A stretch of 64,000 nt of DNA from positions 186,001 to 250,000 of the forward strand of contig JAANOX010000245.1 in assembly GCA_020184695.1 (NCBI GenBank), written 5' to 3'. A program made the position numbers and the translations under genes. This document shows positions 1-11,699 of the stretch, one piece after another. The stretch comes from Histomonas meleagridis 2922-C6/04-290x. Lineage: Eukaryota > Protista > Parabasalia. The number at the start of each line of letters is the position of its first letter. Within the stretch, counting starts at the first letter, position 1. The notes beneath the pieces are model-generated. The model worked only from the letters and a program-made list of their open reading frames with translations, was not told the DNA's origin and ran no database searches.

Positions 1-819
1 ATATTAGAACATATTAGGGAATCTTGTCCATCTAAGCTCTGGAGCGAAGAAGAACTTTACGTCTAAATTTGCTTTATTTTGCTAATTTTTATTTGATATT
101 TATCTTTTGAAATTTTTGTATACGGAAAAAATGACAATAAAATCATAAGTACTTTAGCGCCAGACTTCTGCTATTATGGTTGGGTACACATTTTTATCAA
201 ATTTTTATTGTTTGGATCGATCCAAAACAGTCGTGACAATCGCGCAGGTTAGTTTGTGTAGCAAGTCAATTTATTTCAGTCAGTGACGAACAGATTCGGC
301 TCAAATTTTATGGAACCGCTACAGTCACTTTTTTGAATGATTTGGGAACGATAGAAATACAGAGTAATGAATAGTTTACGCATTTATAAAATATTCAATA
401 AATTATTGTTCGCGCATCACTTTTTTAATGTTTTTTGATCGGACTGTATTTTACCAAACCGTTTTTCTACCAAAAAGTGAAATCGTTTCCTATCGTTCTA
501 AATTTACCCTTTAAAAATCGATTGAGAGGATTTGTAGGTTTGGTATGAGGTTGTGTAATTGATCCAATGAAATATTTGTTATTTGATCGTTGTTTTGCCT
601 TTCAATATCTTTACTAAATCATCATATGATCAAAATTTGCAAATATATCATATTTACCGAGATATTCATATTTTGAACATTATATTTTGAATAGATATCT
701 GGTCGGAGTACACCCAAAAAAATATTAAAGCATTCGAATACTCAACGTTTTATCTACAACTTATTGAACGAATTTGACTGAATATTTATTGTAAAAGTCG
801 AAAACTTTGCTCTCCAACC

Positions 820-1902
820 ATGTCTCCGTTTTGGAGAAAAGCGAAGCTTGCAGTCAGATTAATTATTATTTTTATTCCCATTTTATTTCTTACATGTATT
901 ACTTATAATACATGTTTTCATCAAGTAAAGAACATTATGAATACATTCTCCAAACTTTATGAAAATAATGTGATTCAAGTAAGAGTAAACGAAGAGAAAT
1001 GGGCAGAAAAGAAAGATATTGCATACGTTTCCGCATTTTATTATTTTCCTGAAGCACGTAACCAAAGACATCCAGCCAAATATTACGTCAAACGCTTTGC
1101 AAAGCTTCTTACAGTGATATCCGACGACGTTGACTTTTATTTTTATACCAACGAGTTAGGCTTGCAATTACTTAATTTACAAACGGACATCCGAAATCTA
1201 TACATCAATCTTACCTATAAATCACCATATGATGTCTGTGGCTTAAGGAAATTTCGTGAACAATACATAGAAATCGCCAATAAATATAATGGCGAAATCA
1301 TCATAAACGAAAACCTTGGCGCTATTTGGAACGCAAAGATATGTTTACTTGATGACGTAAGTCATTTTGCTAATAACTATAAATACATTTTCTGGATCGA
1401 TGCTGGAATACTTAAAAGATCAAATTTCACCGGCCTTACAATTCCATACCAGAAACGAATAGACAAAATCTTCACCAATCATTCGAACCAATTATTACTC
1501 GAACTGAACGAAGTATATAATTTAAATAATAGGAACTATGAACCGATCGAACAACTTGACCCGAATTTTGCGAACATCGTACTCGGAGGATTCTTTGGCG
1601 GTACATCAGCGACCATTCGGAAGTCGAAGGATATGTTTTTCAAGCTCCACGATCTGTATCTGTCACAAGGCAAAAACGTAATCAGAGAAGAGAACATATT
1701 CAATGCGATGTTTATGCACTATCCAAACGATTACATGGGCTTGGACGTGCAAGCAAAGAAGTATAAATGCTTGAGATGGGATGGTGGAATATCATTCGTA
1801 TCCGACCAGAATAGATGCTTGCTGAAGAACCAGCTGTTTTTCGCTGATGTGCGAAATGGTAAATTTGAGTTCAAATCGGAAGATTTGGGCGAATGGTTGT
1901 AA
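820..1902 (+). CDS. Type II membrane glycosyltransferase-like protein, HtrL/YibB (WlaTC)-like
   Basis: 360-aa ORF; N-terminal TM (LIIIFIPILFLTCITY); motifs YIFWIDAGI, VLGGFFGG and EENIF resemble the HtrL/YibB family (recognised from memory, not searched). Confidence 0.55.
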   Translation: MSPFWRKAKLAVRLIIIFIPILFLTCITYNTCFHQVKNIMNTFSKLYENNVIQVRVNEEKWAEKKDIAYVSAFYYFPEARNQRHPAKYYVKRFAKLLTVISDDVDFYFYTNELGLQLLNLQTDIRNLYINLTYKSPYDVCGLRKFREQYIEIANKYNGEIIINENLGAIWNAKICLLDDVSHFANNYKYIFWIDAGILKRSNFTGLTIPYQKRIDKIFTNHSNQLLLELNEVYNLNNRNYEPIEQLDPNFANIVLGGFFGGTSATIRKSKDMFFKLHDLYLSQGKNVIREENIFNAMFMHYPNDYMGLDVQAKKYKCLRWDGGISFVSDQNRCLLKNQLFFADVRNGKFEFKSEDLGEWL

Positions 1903-2376
1903 TATAGCACGATCAAAATGCACTGAAAAATTGAAATTAAGTGCTTTACATCACACCAGTTTTGTCTTGTCGAAACTTCTAAGTTGTTATGAATTGTAAA
2001 AAAAATTTGCTTTTTGGAGTGACTGAGCATTGGAATTGTTTATTTCATTACCAATTCAGAAAAATTTCAGTGTATTGGTATATGATTTCTAACTTTTAAA
2101 AATGTTTTCAATATAAAAACAAGAACAGAAATAAATAATTTGTTTTGTAATCGTGTGCCCAAAGTTTGTTACGATGCATATGCATCTTGATGATTTATAT
2201 TTGTCAAAAAAAGCAAGCCTATCAAAAAAGAATAGCCATGAATTAGGTCTTTAACAATTGCTAAAATTCGAATAAATTGATTCATAAATCATTTAGATTA
2301 CCATTTTTATAATGAAAAAAAAATTGTGACATGTGATGTGATATAATATTTTCAATATAATAACCGTCTTGCCTGG

Positions 2377-2381
2377 CCTTT
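2377..2381 (+). promoter_or_regulatory. CCTTT (trichomonad M5-type core promoter motif)
   Basis: CCTTT 5 nt upstream of the RPS27 ATG; the same motif precedes RPL9 and RPL12, as described for Trichomonas ribosomal-protein genes. Confidence 0.6.
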
Positions 2382-2386
2382 CCAAC

Positions 2387-2647
2387 ATGAGTACACTCGA
2401 CTGTGATATCCTCCATCCATCAATCGAAAAAGAAAAGCACACATGCAAGAAGAAGACACTCATTCCAAACCCACGCTCTGAGTTTGTTTCTCTCCGTTGC
2501 CCATCTTGCATGAATGTTACAACAGCATTCTCACATTCTCACATCCCTGTTTACTGTGAAGAATGCAACACCACTCTTGCATACCCAACAGGTGGTCGTA
2601 TCAAACTCGCAGAGAACGTTGAATGCCGTTCAAAGATCTCTGCATAA
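2387..2647 (+). CDS. RPS27: 40S ribosomal protein S27
   Basis: From ATG 2387: KHTCKKKTLIPNPRSEFVSLRCPSC...VYCEECNTTLAYPTGGRIKLAE, a C4 zinc ribbon with the S27e signature. Confidence 0.95.
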   Translation: MSTLDCDILHPSIEKEKHTCKKKTLIPNPRSEFVSLRCPSCMNVTTAFSHSHIPVYCEECNTTLAYPTGGRIKLAENVECRSKISA

Positions 2648-3319
2648 TTTTCTAAAAAATTAATTAAGATAACTTTTTTCTTTTCTAACGTATGTCTTTT
2701 GATTTTAGTTGTTCTATGTTTCGAAATTCAGAAATGTTTGATTTGTAACTCCAACAAATTTAAATGAGATCTAATTTCGTATATATACAATGTGTTTGTG
2801 TGCTTTTATTCTCCTTGATCCTATTCACTGAGGTTAAATTAAATTCATTAATTAATTGTCTGCATTCAATCAATAATTTTTGAACAAGCCTCATTGGAAT
2901 TATTATTTACTATGTGGTGGATGATTTGTGAATCTTTTATTTGCTATAATTAATTAATATTCCGAAAACATAAACATACTTCATCATTCAAAAGCGGTTT
3001 GCGTTGTCAAACGATGTTCAGCAGAAAGATCTTTCGATTCAATTTTGATAGCGATTTAAACATTTCAGTTCAAATTTTGAATTGGTTATTGTTCGGGATC
3101 GATGATAGAAAATCGCAATTATACCACTCTATATCTTATAAATCATAATGAATCTCGATTTATTTTATGTCAAATTATTTAGCTTGACTTACGATGTATT
3201 TTAATTTCCGTTCCTCTATCTAGAAAGCAGATAAATACACAGAGAAGTTCTTGTGAGTTGTTTAAATAAAACCGATGATCTTTATTCAAAACCACTTTTT
3301 ACATAAGCACAATTTGGAA

Positions 3320-3856
3320 ATGGCAAACAAGATCAAACTTCTGAGCATTGGCGGGGGTGCTGTTGGAAAGACATCACTTACCCTTCAATGGATCAAAGAA
3401 GAGTTTTCGGAAAATTATACCCCAACTATCGAAGAAATGTTTGAAAAAACAGTAGAAATTGATGGAAAGAAATATAACATAGAAATCACTGACACGGCAG
3501 GCCAGGACGAATTTTCAACAATGAAGTATCGTTATATTGCGCCATCTCAAGGATTTCTTTTCGTTTTTTCAATAACTGAAGAAAAATCTTTTTCTGAACT
3601 TCCTTCTCTCTACAAAGAAGTTTTGGACACTAAAGAATCATCCTCTGTTCCATGTGTTTTAGCTGGCAACAAAGCTGATTTAAGAGATGATACATCAATT
3701 CCAATTCAAAAAGGTGAACAAATGGCTCAAAAACTTCATACTAAATACTTTGAAACATCTGCAAAAGAAGCAACTAATGTTAATGAATGTTTTATTTATT
3801 TAATTAAGCAAGTTATCAACTCAAGTGGATCTGGTGGTTGCTGCTCCATCCAGTAA
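3320..3856 (+). CDS. Ras-family small GTPase
   Basis: GGGAVGKT P-loop, YTPTIEE effector loop, DTAGQDEF, NKAD, ETSAK, C-terminal CCSIQ prenylation signal; ORF is open from 3275, likely ATG 3320. Confidence 0.9.
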   Translation: MANKIKLLSIGGGAVGKTSLTLQWIKEEFSENYTPTIEEMFEKTVEIDGKKYNIEITDTAGQDEFSTMKYRYIAPSQGFLFVFSITEEKSFSELPSLYKEVLDTKESSSVPCVLAGNKADLRDDTSIPIQKGEQMAQKLHTKYFETSAKEATNVNECFIYLIKQVINSSGSGGCCSIQ

Positions 3857-4290
3857 TATGCACAAGGCTATCTGTTAAACCTCTCAACTCATTAATTTTT
3901 TTCCCAATCATAAATTCGCTTTTTCTATTTTTCGAGATGATAAACATCTTTTAAACGTCCTCCTTCACAAAAGTAACAAAAATTTGTGATATTTACAAAA
4001 CCACTGATGCATTCAAAAAATAAATGATACAAAAGTTATTTTGTGTAAAATGTTCAAAAAGTGTGACTTTTCACTATACTTTTAACTGTTCATAAAAACA
4101 AACGTATTTTAACGTATTTTTGGCTTCTGACAGCGGTTAATGGGGATCCCCTTCAAAGCGGCAGTCTCATGTGCTTCATCATGATGAAAGCCAATGGTTT
4201 AAACCTTCTGCTTTATCAGCATTTTAAAAAAACACATTGTTACAAAAATTGACAAAATAAAAAAAAATTAATAAGAGAAAATCTCTTTAT

Positions 4291-4860
4291 TTATTCAACG
4301 ATGTGTGTCTTTTCGGAGATATAGATACCATCGAGGAACTTACGAAGATCTTTATTGTGGATGTGTGTATGTTGATGAATTTGTGCGCAAACCAATGATA
4401 CCTTATCAATGTCATTGCCTTCGATCCAAATTTCTTCCTTTTGGTTAGGACTGTCCATGATCTTAACACCTTCTGGAGCAGTTACAGATTTCTTTTCACG
4501 TTGACCCATAAAGTGTGTGAAACTGAAGGAATCCTTGTTATCACTGATGGAATGCTTGATTGGGAAGTGTGCTGTGACAAACCTCATCTTGTAGCGATAT
4601 CCTTTTGTTACACCTGTGACCATATTCTTGATATGACCAAAAAGTGTACCAATACGTGCAACAAGCTTACGGTTTCCGAACCAGCAGCGAGCCAACACTG
4701 TTTTTTCTTCTGCGTTGTATTCAATATCAAGTTTGAGATGTGAAAGATCGCGTGTAAGGGTTCCTCGTGGGCCTGTGACTGTAACAACACCGGATTTGAT
4801 GGTGACTTGAACATCTTCTTCGATTTTGAGGTGATCTTGATGAAGAACAGGGCGTGGCAT
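4291..4860 (-). CDS. RPL9: 60S ribosomal protein L9 (uL6)
   Basis: VTVTGPRGTLTRDLSHL, GVTKGYRYKMRFVTAHFPI and NKDLRKFLDGIYISEK are uL6 signatures; ATG at 4860. Confidence 0.95.
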   Translation of the reverse strand: MPRPVLHQDHLKIEEDVQVTIKSGVVTVTGPRGTLTRDLSHLKLDIEYNAEEKTVLARCWFGNRKLVARIGTLFGHIKNMVTGVTKGYRYKMRFVTAHFPIKHSISDNKDSFSFTHFMGQREKKSVTAPEGVKIMDSPNQKEEIWIEGNDIDKVSLVCAQIHQHTHIHNKDLRKFLDGIYISEKTHIVE

Positions 4861-4866
4861 AGAAGG

Positions 4867-4871
4867 AAAGG
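4867..4871 (-). promoter_or_regulatory. CCTTT (M5-type motif) upstream of RPL9
   Basis: Minus strand reads TCTTCCTTTCCTTCTATG. Confidence 0.55.
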
Positions 4872-5622
4872 AAGACCAAAACCGCAAAAACCGCGAATCG
4901 TTAATAAACGGTGGAAAAGTGACTTTATGTTAAATGGAGCAAAAAAAATAAAAAATTAAATCTAAATATTGTGAATTCACATGTCTCATATAACGAGAGA
5001 GGGAATACTTATGAAAATGAACTTTCAAATAAAGTTTTTACATTAAATAATTATAGGCCATTTCCATGACATAACGTTTTTATTAAATTATAAAGATTGC
5101 GTTTCTTATAAACAGATTCATGTGTTCATTTGGATTTGTACGGTACGAAAATTCCTCATTAATGCCATCACATTGGTATCAAGATTTGGATATATGTGAG
5201 CTAAGAAATTAATTCATTGATGATATTTTGACTTTGGATTTTGAAAAAATAATTGAAGTTAACCAAACTTTTGAACAAACACATAAATTGTTCAAATATT
5301 AAATTTCTGTCAAGTTATGTATAATTTAATTTCAGACATTTAATCAAATATCAAAACATCGTTCATTTTTGTTCGCTAATATGGCATTAGAAATATCGAA
5401 TCATAAAAATAAGTGGAAATTTTAAGAGGATATTATAAGATAAAATTCATACAGGGATGATCATCTTTTGTGTGTTTAGTTGTTTTGGAGGTTACAAATT
5501 CATCACAAAAAATTCAAAAGTAAAAAAATTCTGAGGCAACCTGACGGTTTTGGTTTTCAATTGAATTGAATCGAATTTTTTGTTGTATTTTATATTTGAT
5601 TCAAACTTCCGGCATATGCCAC

Positions 5623-7350
5623 ATGAATGGTTTAATGTTTGTTCTATGTCTTTTCAATATCTTAGGATATTGCAAACAAAGACCGCAAATCTATGAGTTC
5701 AATCACAGTGCACTCATAAGTCTCTTGGACAAAATCCACAATCACGATTATGATGAAATTGTATATAAAGAAGTTCAACACATAGCCAATGATGATGACG
5801 AAGAAGAAGAAGAGTATGTGTATCATTATTATCAAATTGACGATGAATATCATGAACCAGAGAAAAACTTATTTAAAATAAAAAACCCAATTAAAAGCAT
5901 TACATCAAGCATATCCCATGGACTAAAATCACTTGCTTCCACTGGTATCGCTACTATTAAATCAACAGGCAAGCAAATAGCACAAGGAGCAACTGGTACA
6001 ATAAAATCAGTGACCGGTGTTGCGTCAATAAAAACAATTCTCTCTAAAGTAAAGCCAGGAGTTTCCAAATTTAAACCAATTCTCTCTAAAGTAAAGTCAG
6101 GAGTTTCCAAATTTAAACCAATTCTCTCTAAAGTAAAGTCAGGAGTTACCAAATTTAAACCAATTCTCTCTAAAGTAAAGTCAGGAGTTACCAAATTTAA
6201 ACCAATTCTCTCTAAAGTAAAGTCAGGAGTTACCAAATTTAAACCAATTCTCTCTAAAGTAAAGTCAGGAGTTACCAAAGTCAAATCAGCAGCCTCGAAA
6301 GTAGGCAAAGTAGCTGGCAAAGTCGTCACAAGCGCTGCGAAAACTGCTGCCAAGACAGCCTCCAAAGCAACAAAGCAAACGATCAAGACAGTTAAGGAAA
6401 CTGCCAAAGCCTCAGCCAAGACAACCACATCTGCTGCGAAAGCTGCGGTCCGTATCACGCAAGCTTCGGTGCAGATCGCCACCAATCCTGGCAAAGCTGG
6501 ACAGATCATCAAAAATGTCAGCAAGGAAGTCACCAAAGATCTTAAGGAGGCAGCCGAAGCGTACAAGCCTGTCATCAGGGATGTCAAAGCATATGAATTG
6601 TATCAAGCAGGAATGGCAATCTACCAAGGAATCAAAGAGAAAGATTTCATATCAACACTTGGCAGCATTGCACAAGCTGTAGGTAGCTTTGGAGGACCAA
6701 TTGGAGCGATTACAGATAAAGCACAACAACTTTATCAACAAGGCGAAATGATCTATAAGGGAATTAAGAATGGCGATTACACACAAGTCATTAGTGGTAT
6801 TACATCGATTATCTCTATTGATGAAGTTAAGGAATTAATATCGAAGAGTGAATTACTTCAACAAGGATTAGAATATTATCAAAGAGGTTATGATATGTAT
6901 AAGAAAGGTAAACAAGTAACAGATGCAATTAAGACAGGACACTTCGGTAAAGCGATTGAAAGACTTGCAGAGTTAGGCTTAGACGTTCGTAATAATTCAT
7001 TGTATACAAAAGCAGAAGAATTATTTGATAAGGCTTGGAAATATATTATCAAGGAGAAACATTATACAAACAAGGAAAGGAGAAACTTCAATTAGGTAAG
7101 CTGCTTATGAAGCAATTAAGAAAGGTAAAGTTAACAGTGCACAGGAAGTACAGTCGGAGAACAAATAGCGCAGACAGTGACTGAGGGATACCTGAAGCTT
7201 GAAGACGCACAGGCGAAAGCTGACGCACAAATAGAGAAAAACGCTGAGGAAGTGCAGGGAAAGGCAACGAAATTGGTGACGTCAATCGACGAACTGAAGG
7301 AAATCATCGCAAAGGCGGAGGCGGACGCTGTGAAAGTGACAGCAGAATAA
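5623..7350 (+). CDS. Putative secreted protein: signal peptide, acidic segment, cationic amphipathic tandem repeats, helical C-terminus (3' end frameshifted)
   Basis: ATG 5623 MNGLMFVLCLFNILGYC; DDDEEEEEY; K/A/S/T/V-rich repeats. The ORF stops at 7095 but coding-like sequence continues in shifted frames to TAA 7348-7350 (...LKEIIAKAEADAVKVTAE*). Confidence 0.65.
6031..6282 (+). repeat. Six tandem 42-nt (14-aa) coding repeats, KPILSKVKSGV[ST]KF
   Basis: Direct inspection: period 42 nt, near-identical copies. Confidence 0.95.
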
Positions 7351-8329
7351 GTAAATCAGTAAATTTGTAATGTGTAATTATGTTTGTTGTATTGTGCACA
7401 ACGATTAGATGTTAAAAAGAGCGGCACATTGCGTTTAAGAAGGGATTTTTACAAAGATATTACGTGTTTTAAACAATATAAAAACATTTCGTTTATTTAA
7501 CTTTTAATGATTAGGTTTTTGATAATGAGTAATTAATTACACGAACTGTTCTTTTTATGTGAAATTTACGTATGATCGTTTTCCATTTCTCCAACTTCAT
7601 TTGTGCTTCTTTATCTTTAATATCCATTGGCGTGCAGAAAATTATACATTCTATCACTTCTTGAAACGTGCAAATAAAAACAACTTTTGAAAATGATAAA
7701 AGCTTTTATCGCTGAAGGATTGACATTCATCTTCAAAAGAGAGCAAGTGTTGGTTTCCCTGATTCTTGTTCACACACAACACGAATTATCATCACCGTAC
7801 GATATGTTAACCATATATCATTCCCAGTTATCTCTTACATTAAGGGATCATTATTACGAGAACGTATGTTGTAGACGTGTACAGCGCATAATGGTAGGTA
7901 TATAATGGAGTCGATTTTGCATACTTATTGAACAAACATGTTTGAATGCTTTTGAGTTAATTTAACATTTTCGAAACCACCGTTGTTACTTTTGTAATTT
8001 GGTTCATTGTAATTATATTTTAACCAATTTCAAACAATTTTGTTTTAAATCATGAAAAATGTGTTAAATTAAATTAACTTCCTCAAAAAACTTTTCTTAA
8101 TTAATTAAAACGTGTAAATCGATAACATTAGTTATATGTAATATGATAAGGGAACATTTTGGTGAGATATTTATTAATAAAATATCAATAATCATAAAAA
8201 ATAAATTTAATTATTATGAATGACAATAATAATAAACTCAAAATAATGTTATCATGAATACAATTTTATAAAATTTTCATGATAAAAATGATTAAAATCT
8301 AAACTTGATGGATGACATAGTTTTGCAAG

Positions 8330-9835
8330 CTTCATAAATCAAAAATTATATAATTTCATAATCAAACAATAACATTTCTTGAAACAATTAATTTTCAAAG
8401 AAGGCTGATAATATTATTATAATTACATAACAAAAAAATAAAAGAACAAACGTTTATATAAAAATTATTCACTGTAACAATGTGTCAAACTCACAATTTG
8501 GAAGAATTCGTCACTTTCAGGTGGAATATATTCCACTGATGCATTGATCTCAATGTCAAACTTATTTATCACTGGGCGATATATTGGAATCGTAATCAAT
8601 CGATATATGTATCCGAGTCCTGCCCAAAACGCCATCATCGCTTTGCCAACTGCCGGACTCAACTTACCTTCCAATTTCTTTCGTCCAACAATACGAAGAT
8701 CCGAATTATATGAATCTGTCTTGAATCCGCTGATGTCTGTCCACGTTATTTTTATTCCATTTTGATCTTTCTCCGGCAAAAACACGCGATATCTTTCTCG
8801 AAATGCGTTCACATATTCATCGACTCCTTCTGGATATGTCACGTTTAAATTGATTTGTGTCCATGCATAGTCACCAAGTTCTGGTATGTTATATGTTGTT
8901 GTGGCATTTGTTGCATTAATACGGAATGTTGGTGGATTACAATAGTAATAAGTTGTGCCCCCTTCGTTGTTTATAGAAACACCCGTAAAACCAATTTCAA
9001 GATATGGAAGCTCATTAATTGTTTCATTAATATCGCTTTCATATGATGAATATGACACTTGGTGACTGATTGCTTTATCAACAGTTGTATCATTACGAAT
9101 ATATATTGGGCTCATGACACCAAAAAACAAAAAGGCACACACAAAAAAAAATGGAAATGATAACAAATATTCCACCGAATTTAAATTCTATATATAAATC
9201 AAGTGGAAATGAGACCAAAAAAATTATTAAGCAACAATAATAGGTCCAATATAATGCAAGAGGTGTGGTTGCAACTTCCAAGAAATCAAGTTGGGGATTT
9301 TGTTTTTTGGCTTCAAGATATTCACTGCGTGGAATAAAAAAAGAACAAAAGAAAAGTATTGTGAAGAAAACTATTAAGGCACCACATACCACAAAACCTA
9401 TTATATCGCACTTTGTGAGTTCAGGCCATTCAAATTCCTCTTTTGGAGTTGGTTCTGAAGGATTAGAAGGTGGAGTATTTGCATCATCAGAATAGCCTTG
9501 TTTATGTTCAACATCTTCTTTGTAAAAATCTTTCATTTCGAAGTCGAATTTTTCATTCATTATCCAAAAAATTTTGTGTTCCGTCACTTTTTTCAATTTA
9601 CCGTTCGATTAATTGAAATTGGCCCTTTTTTGTAAGCTTCATAAATCAAAAATAATGTGGTAAGAGAAAAAGTGGAGAAAGTGAAGTCAGTCGCTTTTCC
9701 TCTTGCAACACATAAATCAATAATATAATTTCAAAATCAAATATCATTTCATGAAACAATTAATTTCGTAAAATAAAGCTCCGAAGAAGGTTTATAACAT
9801 TATTATAATTACATAATAAAAAACAAATACAAGGA
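8330..9835. repeat. Diverged ~120-bp direct repeats (about 8330-8450 and 9710-9835) flanking a membrane-protein gene
   Basis: Both copies share CATAAATCAA..TATAATTTCA.AATCAAA, TGAAACAATTAATTT, GAAGG and ATTATTATAATTACATAA in the same order. Confidence 0.6.
8465..9596 (-). CDS. Hypothetical multi-pass membrane protein, split by a frameshift in a T-homopolymer near 9141-9149; paralog of 41140-42231
   Basis: Overlapping ORFs 9093-9596 and 8465-9175 join into one protein with the same layout as 41140-42231 (TM, SEY/AQY motif, TMs, luminal domain, GLGYIY/GVGYVY tail). Confidence 0.6.
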
Positions 9836-10122
9836 CCTTGAAAACCAGATATTACTGAAACCATTTTTCAACATGAATTCTCGAATGTCCGGTAAGAATT
9901 CAGCATTCCAAATCTTCATTTAGAACCAAAAGAGTACTTACTACCAAGATTCTAAATCCCGTTTAATCTCTCTCAGTTTCATGCAATACTAAGTAAATTT
10001 CCAATTTATTAATGAATTTTTTAATGAGATAATTTCTGTGGATGAATTTGCATTGATTCAAGTTTACGAATAGAACTGATTTTTTGTCACACTTGAATGA
10101 AATTTAATAAATCTCAATGTTA

Positions 10123-10184
10123 GAGGGCATTCCGGGCTCTCTCAGCATCCTGGGTCCCCTTCGGGTTCCCGGCATTATATACCC
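10123..10184. ncRNA. GC-rich structured island, candidate small ncRNA
   Basis: Hairpin AGAGGGC/GCTCTCT and a second hairpin with CC-TTCG-GG tetraloop in otherwise very AT-rich intergenic DNA; no family recognised. Confidence 0.25.
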
Positions 10185-10281
10185 ATAATAAATCATTTTG
10201 AGTTATCTCAAAAAAAAATAAATTAGTCAAAATTTCGATGACCGTTAAAACATATTAACGGTCAATAACCGTTTTGGCCAG

Positions 10282-10286
10282 CCTTT
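10282..10286 (+). promoter_or_regulatory. CCTTT (M5-type motif) upstream of RPL12
   Basis: GCCTTTTTAAAATCGAATG. Confidence 0.55.
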
Positions 10287-10296
10287 TTAAAATCGA

Positions 10297-10776
10297 ATGT
10301 CACAAGAAGTTGTTATTCGCGTTCGTGTTTGGGGCGGTGAATCAGGTGTTACAGCAAAACTTGCGCCGCGTTTAGGTCCACTTGGTGTTAACTCTGGTCA
10401 AGTTGGTCAACAAGTTGCCAAAGCTACAGAAGAATATAAAGGATATCGTTGCACAGTACAAATCACAATTGTGGATCGTCAAGCAACAATTTCAGTTGTT
10501 CCATCCACATCTACACTTATCATTCATGCACTTCAAGAACCACATCGTGATCGTAAGAAGACAAAGAATGTTAAACACACTGGCAGCCTTACACTTGACA
10601 ACGTCATTGATATTGCTCGTCAAATGAGACATAAGTCAATGTCAAAGACACTCGCAGGAACAGTCAAAGAAGTTCTTGGTACATGTCAAGCAATGGGAGC
10701 ACAATGCGAAGGACAAAACGCAAAAGTCATCCAAAAGAAGATCTCTTCGGGCGAAATCTCAATTCCAAATGAGTAA
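10297..10776 (+). CDS. RPL12: 60S ribosomal protein L12 (uL11)
   Basis: GGESGVTAKLAPRLGPLG, VVPSTSTLIIHALQEPHRDRKKTKNVKHTG, TVKEVLGTCQAMG. Confidence 0.95.
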   Translation: MSQEVVIRVRVWGGESGVTAKLAPRLGPLGVNSGQVGQQVAKATEEYKGYRCTVQITIVDRQATISVVPSTSTLIIHALQEPHRDRKKTKNVKHTGSLTLDNVIDIARQMRHKSMSKTLAGTVKEVLGTCQAMGAQCEGQNAKVIQKKISSGEISIPNE

Positions 10777-11699
10777 ATCAGAATCATAATTTTTCTTACA
10801 TCACATTTCACAGTAAAGCTTAAATGCATTTTTATATTCTTTTCTCTTGTTGCCAAATTTTTGTTTGTAATATGAAAATTTTGTCGATTCGTGTAAATTG
10901 TATAAAAAGTGGCGAAATAATGGCGGTTATTATAAAGAGTTATGCACAAGCGATTTTCATGACCTTGTAAATAATTAGTAAAGAGTCAAATAAAAAGTTC
11001 ATATAATGTAAATAAATGGTACATCATGTGCACTGTTTAATATGAATTTTTTAAGAATTGTTTAATAATTAAATGATCTCGAATAATTGATTATTTATTA
11101 AAAAATATATTTAATTCATCCCATTCTTATATATTTTAGCTAACATTCATTATAGATTTTTGAATTAGACGAAATTCTTGAAAATGATTTGATCAATATA
11201 AAATACTAAAATTTATGAATTTGTCAAATTGAAAAATAAAAATATTTCAAAATATAAACTGATGATATTAAATGTTTTAATTGAATAAAAAAATCTAATA
11301 AATGAAAATCATCATTTTAAGAATAAAAAATTGAGTTTTTTTTTTGATCCCCCCTCGAAAAATCGGTTTTAATTTAACAATAGATTGAACTTGTTTAAAA
11401 ATAAAACATATCTCATAACCCTTGGAATAAATTTTTTCAAATTGAACCAAAAGCATTCAAAAGTATCCCAATCGCCTGAATGAAGATTGAATATTATCCG
11501 ACAATTTAAGTGAGGAAAAAATAAAATTTTAATTAAGATATTTTGTTCTGATTAGCTTGTTCGATGGTCGAAACTTAAGTTTCCTATTTAAATATAAAAT
11601 GGTTTTGGCATTTGTGCCCTTTTATACAGTTTTTGATGTAACAAATTACAGATGTTTATACTCATATCATAATACCACAATTTAATGGTTAATAAAAGT

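Noticed and set aside
4175-4188. Box C/D snoRNA
   Set aside because: ATGATGA is present on both strands, but no CTGA D box lies downstream at a suitable distance.
5850-6587. 245-aa antisense ORF and similar shadow ORFs (e.g. 32759-33391, 24282-24860)
   Set aside because: These are mirror-frame consequences of biased or repetitive coding on the opposite strand or frame; no independent evidence.
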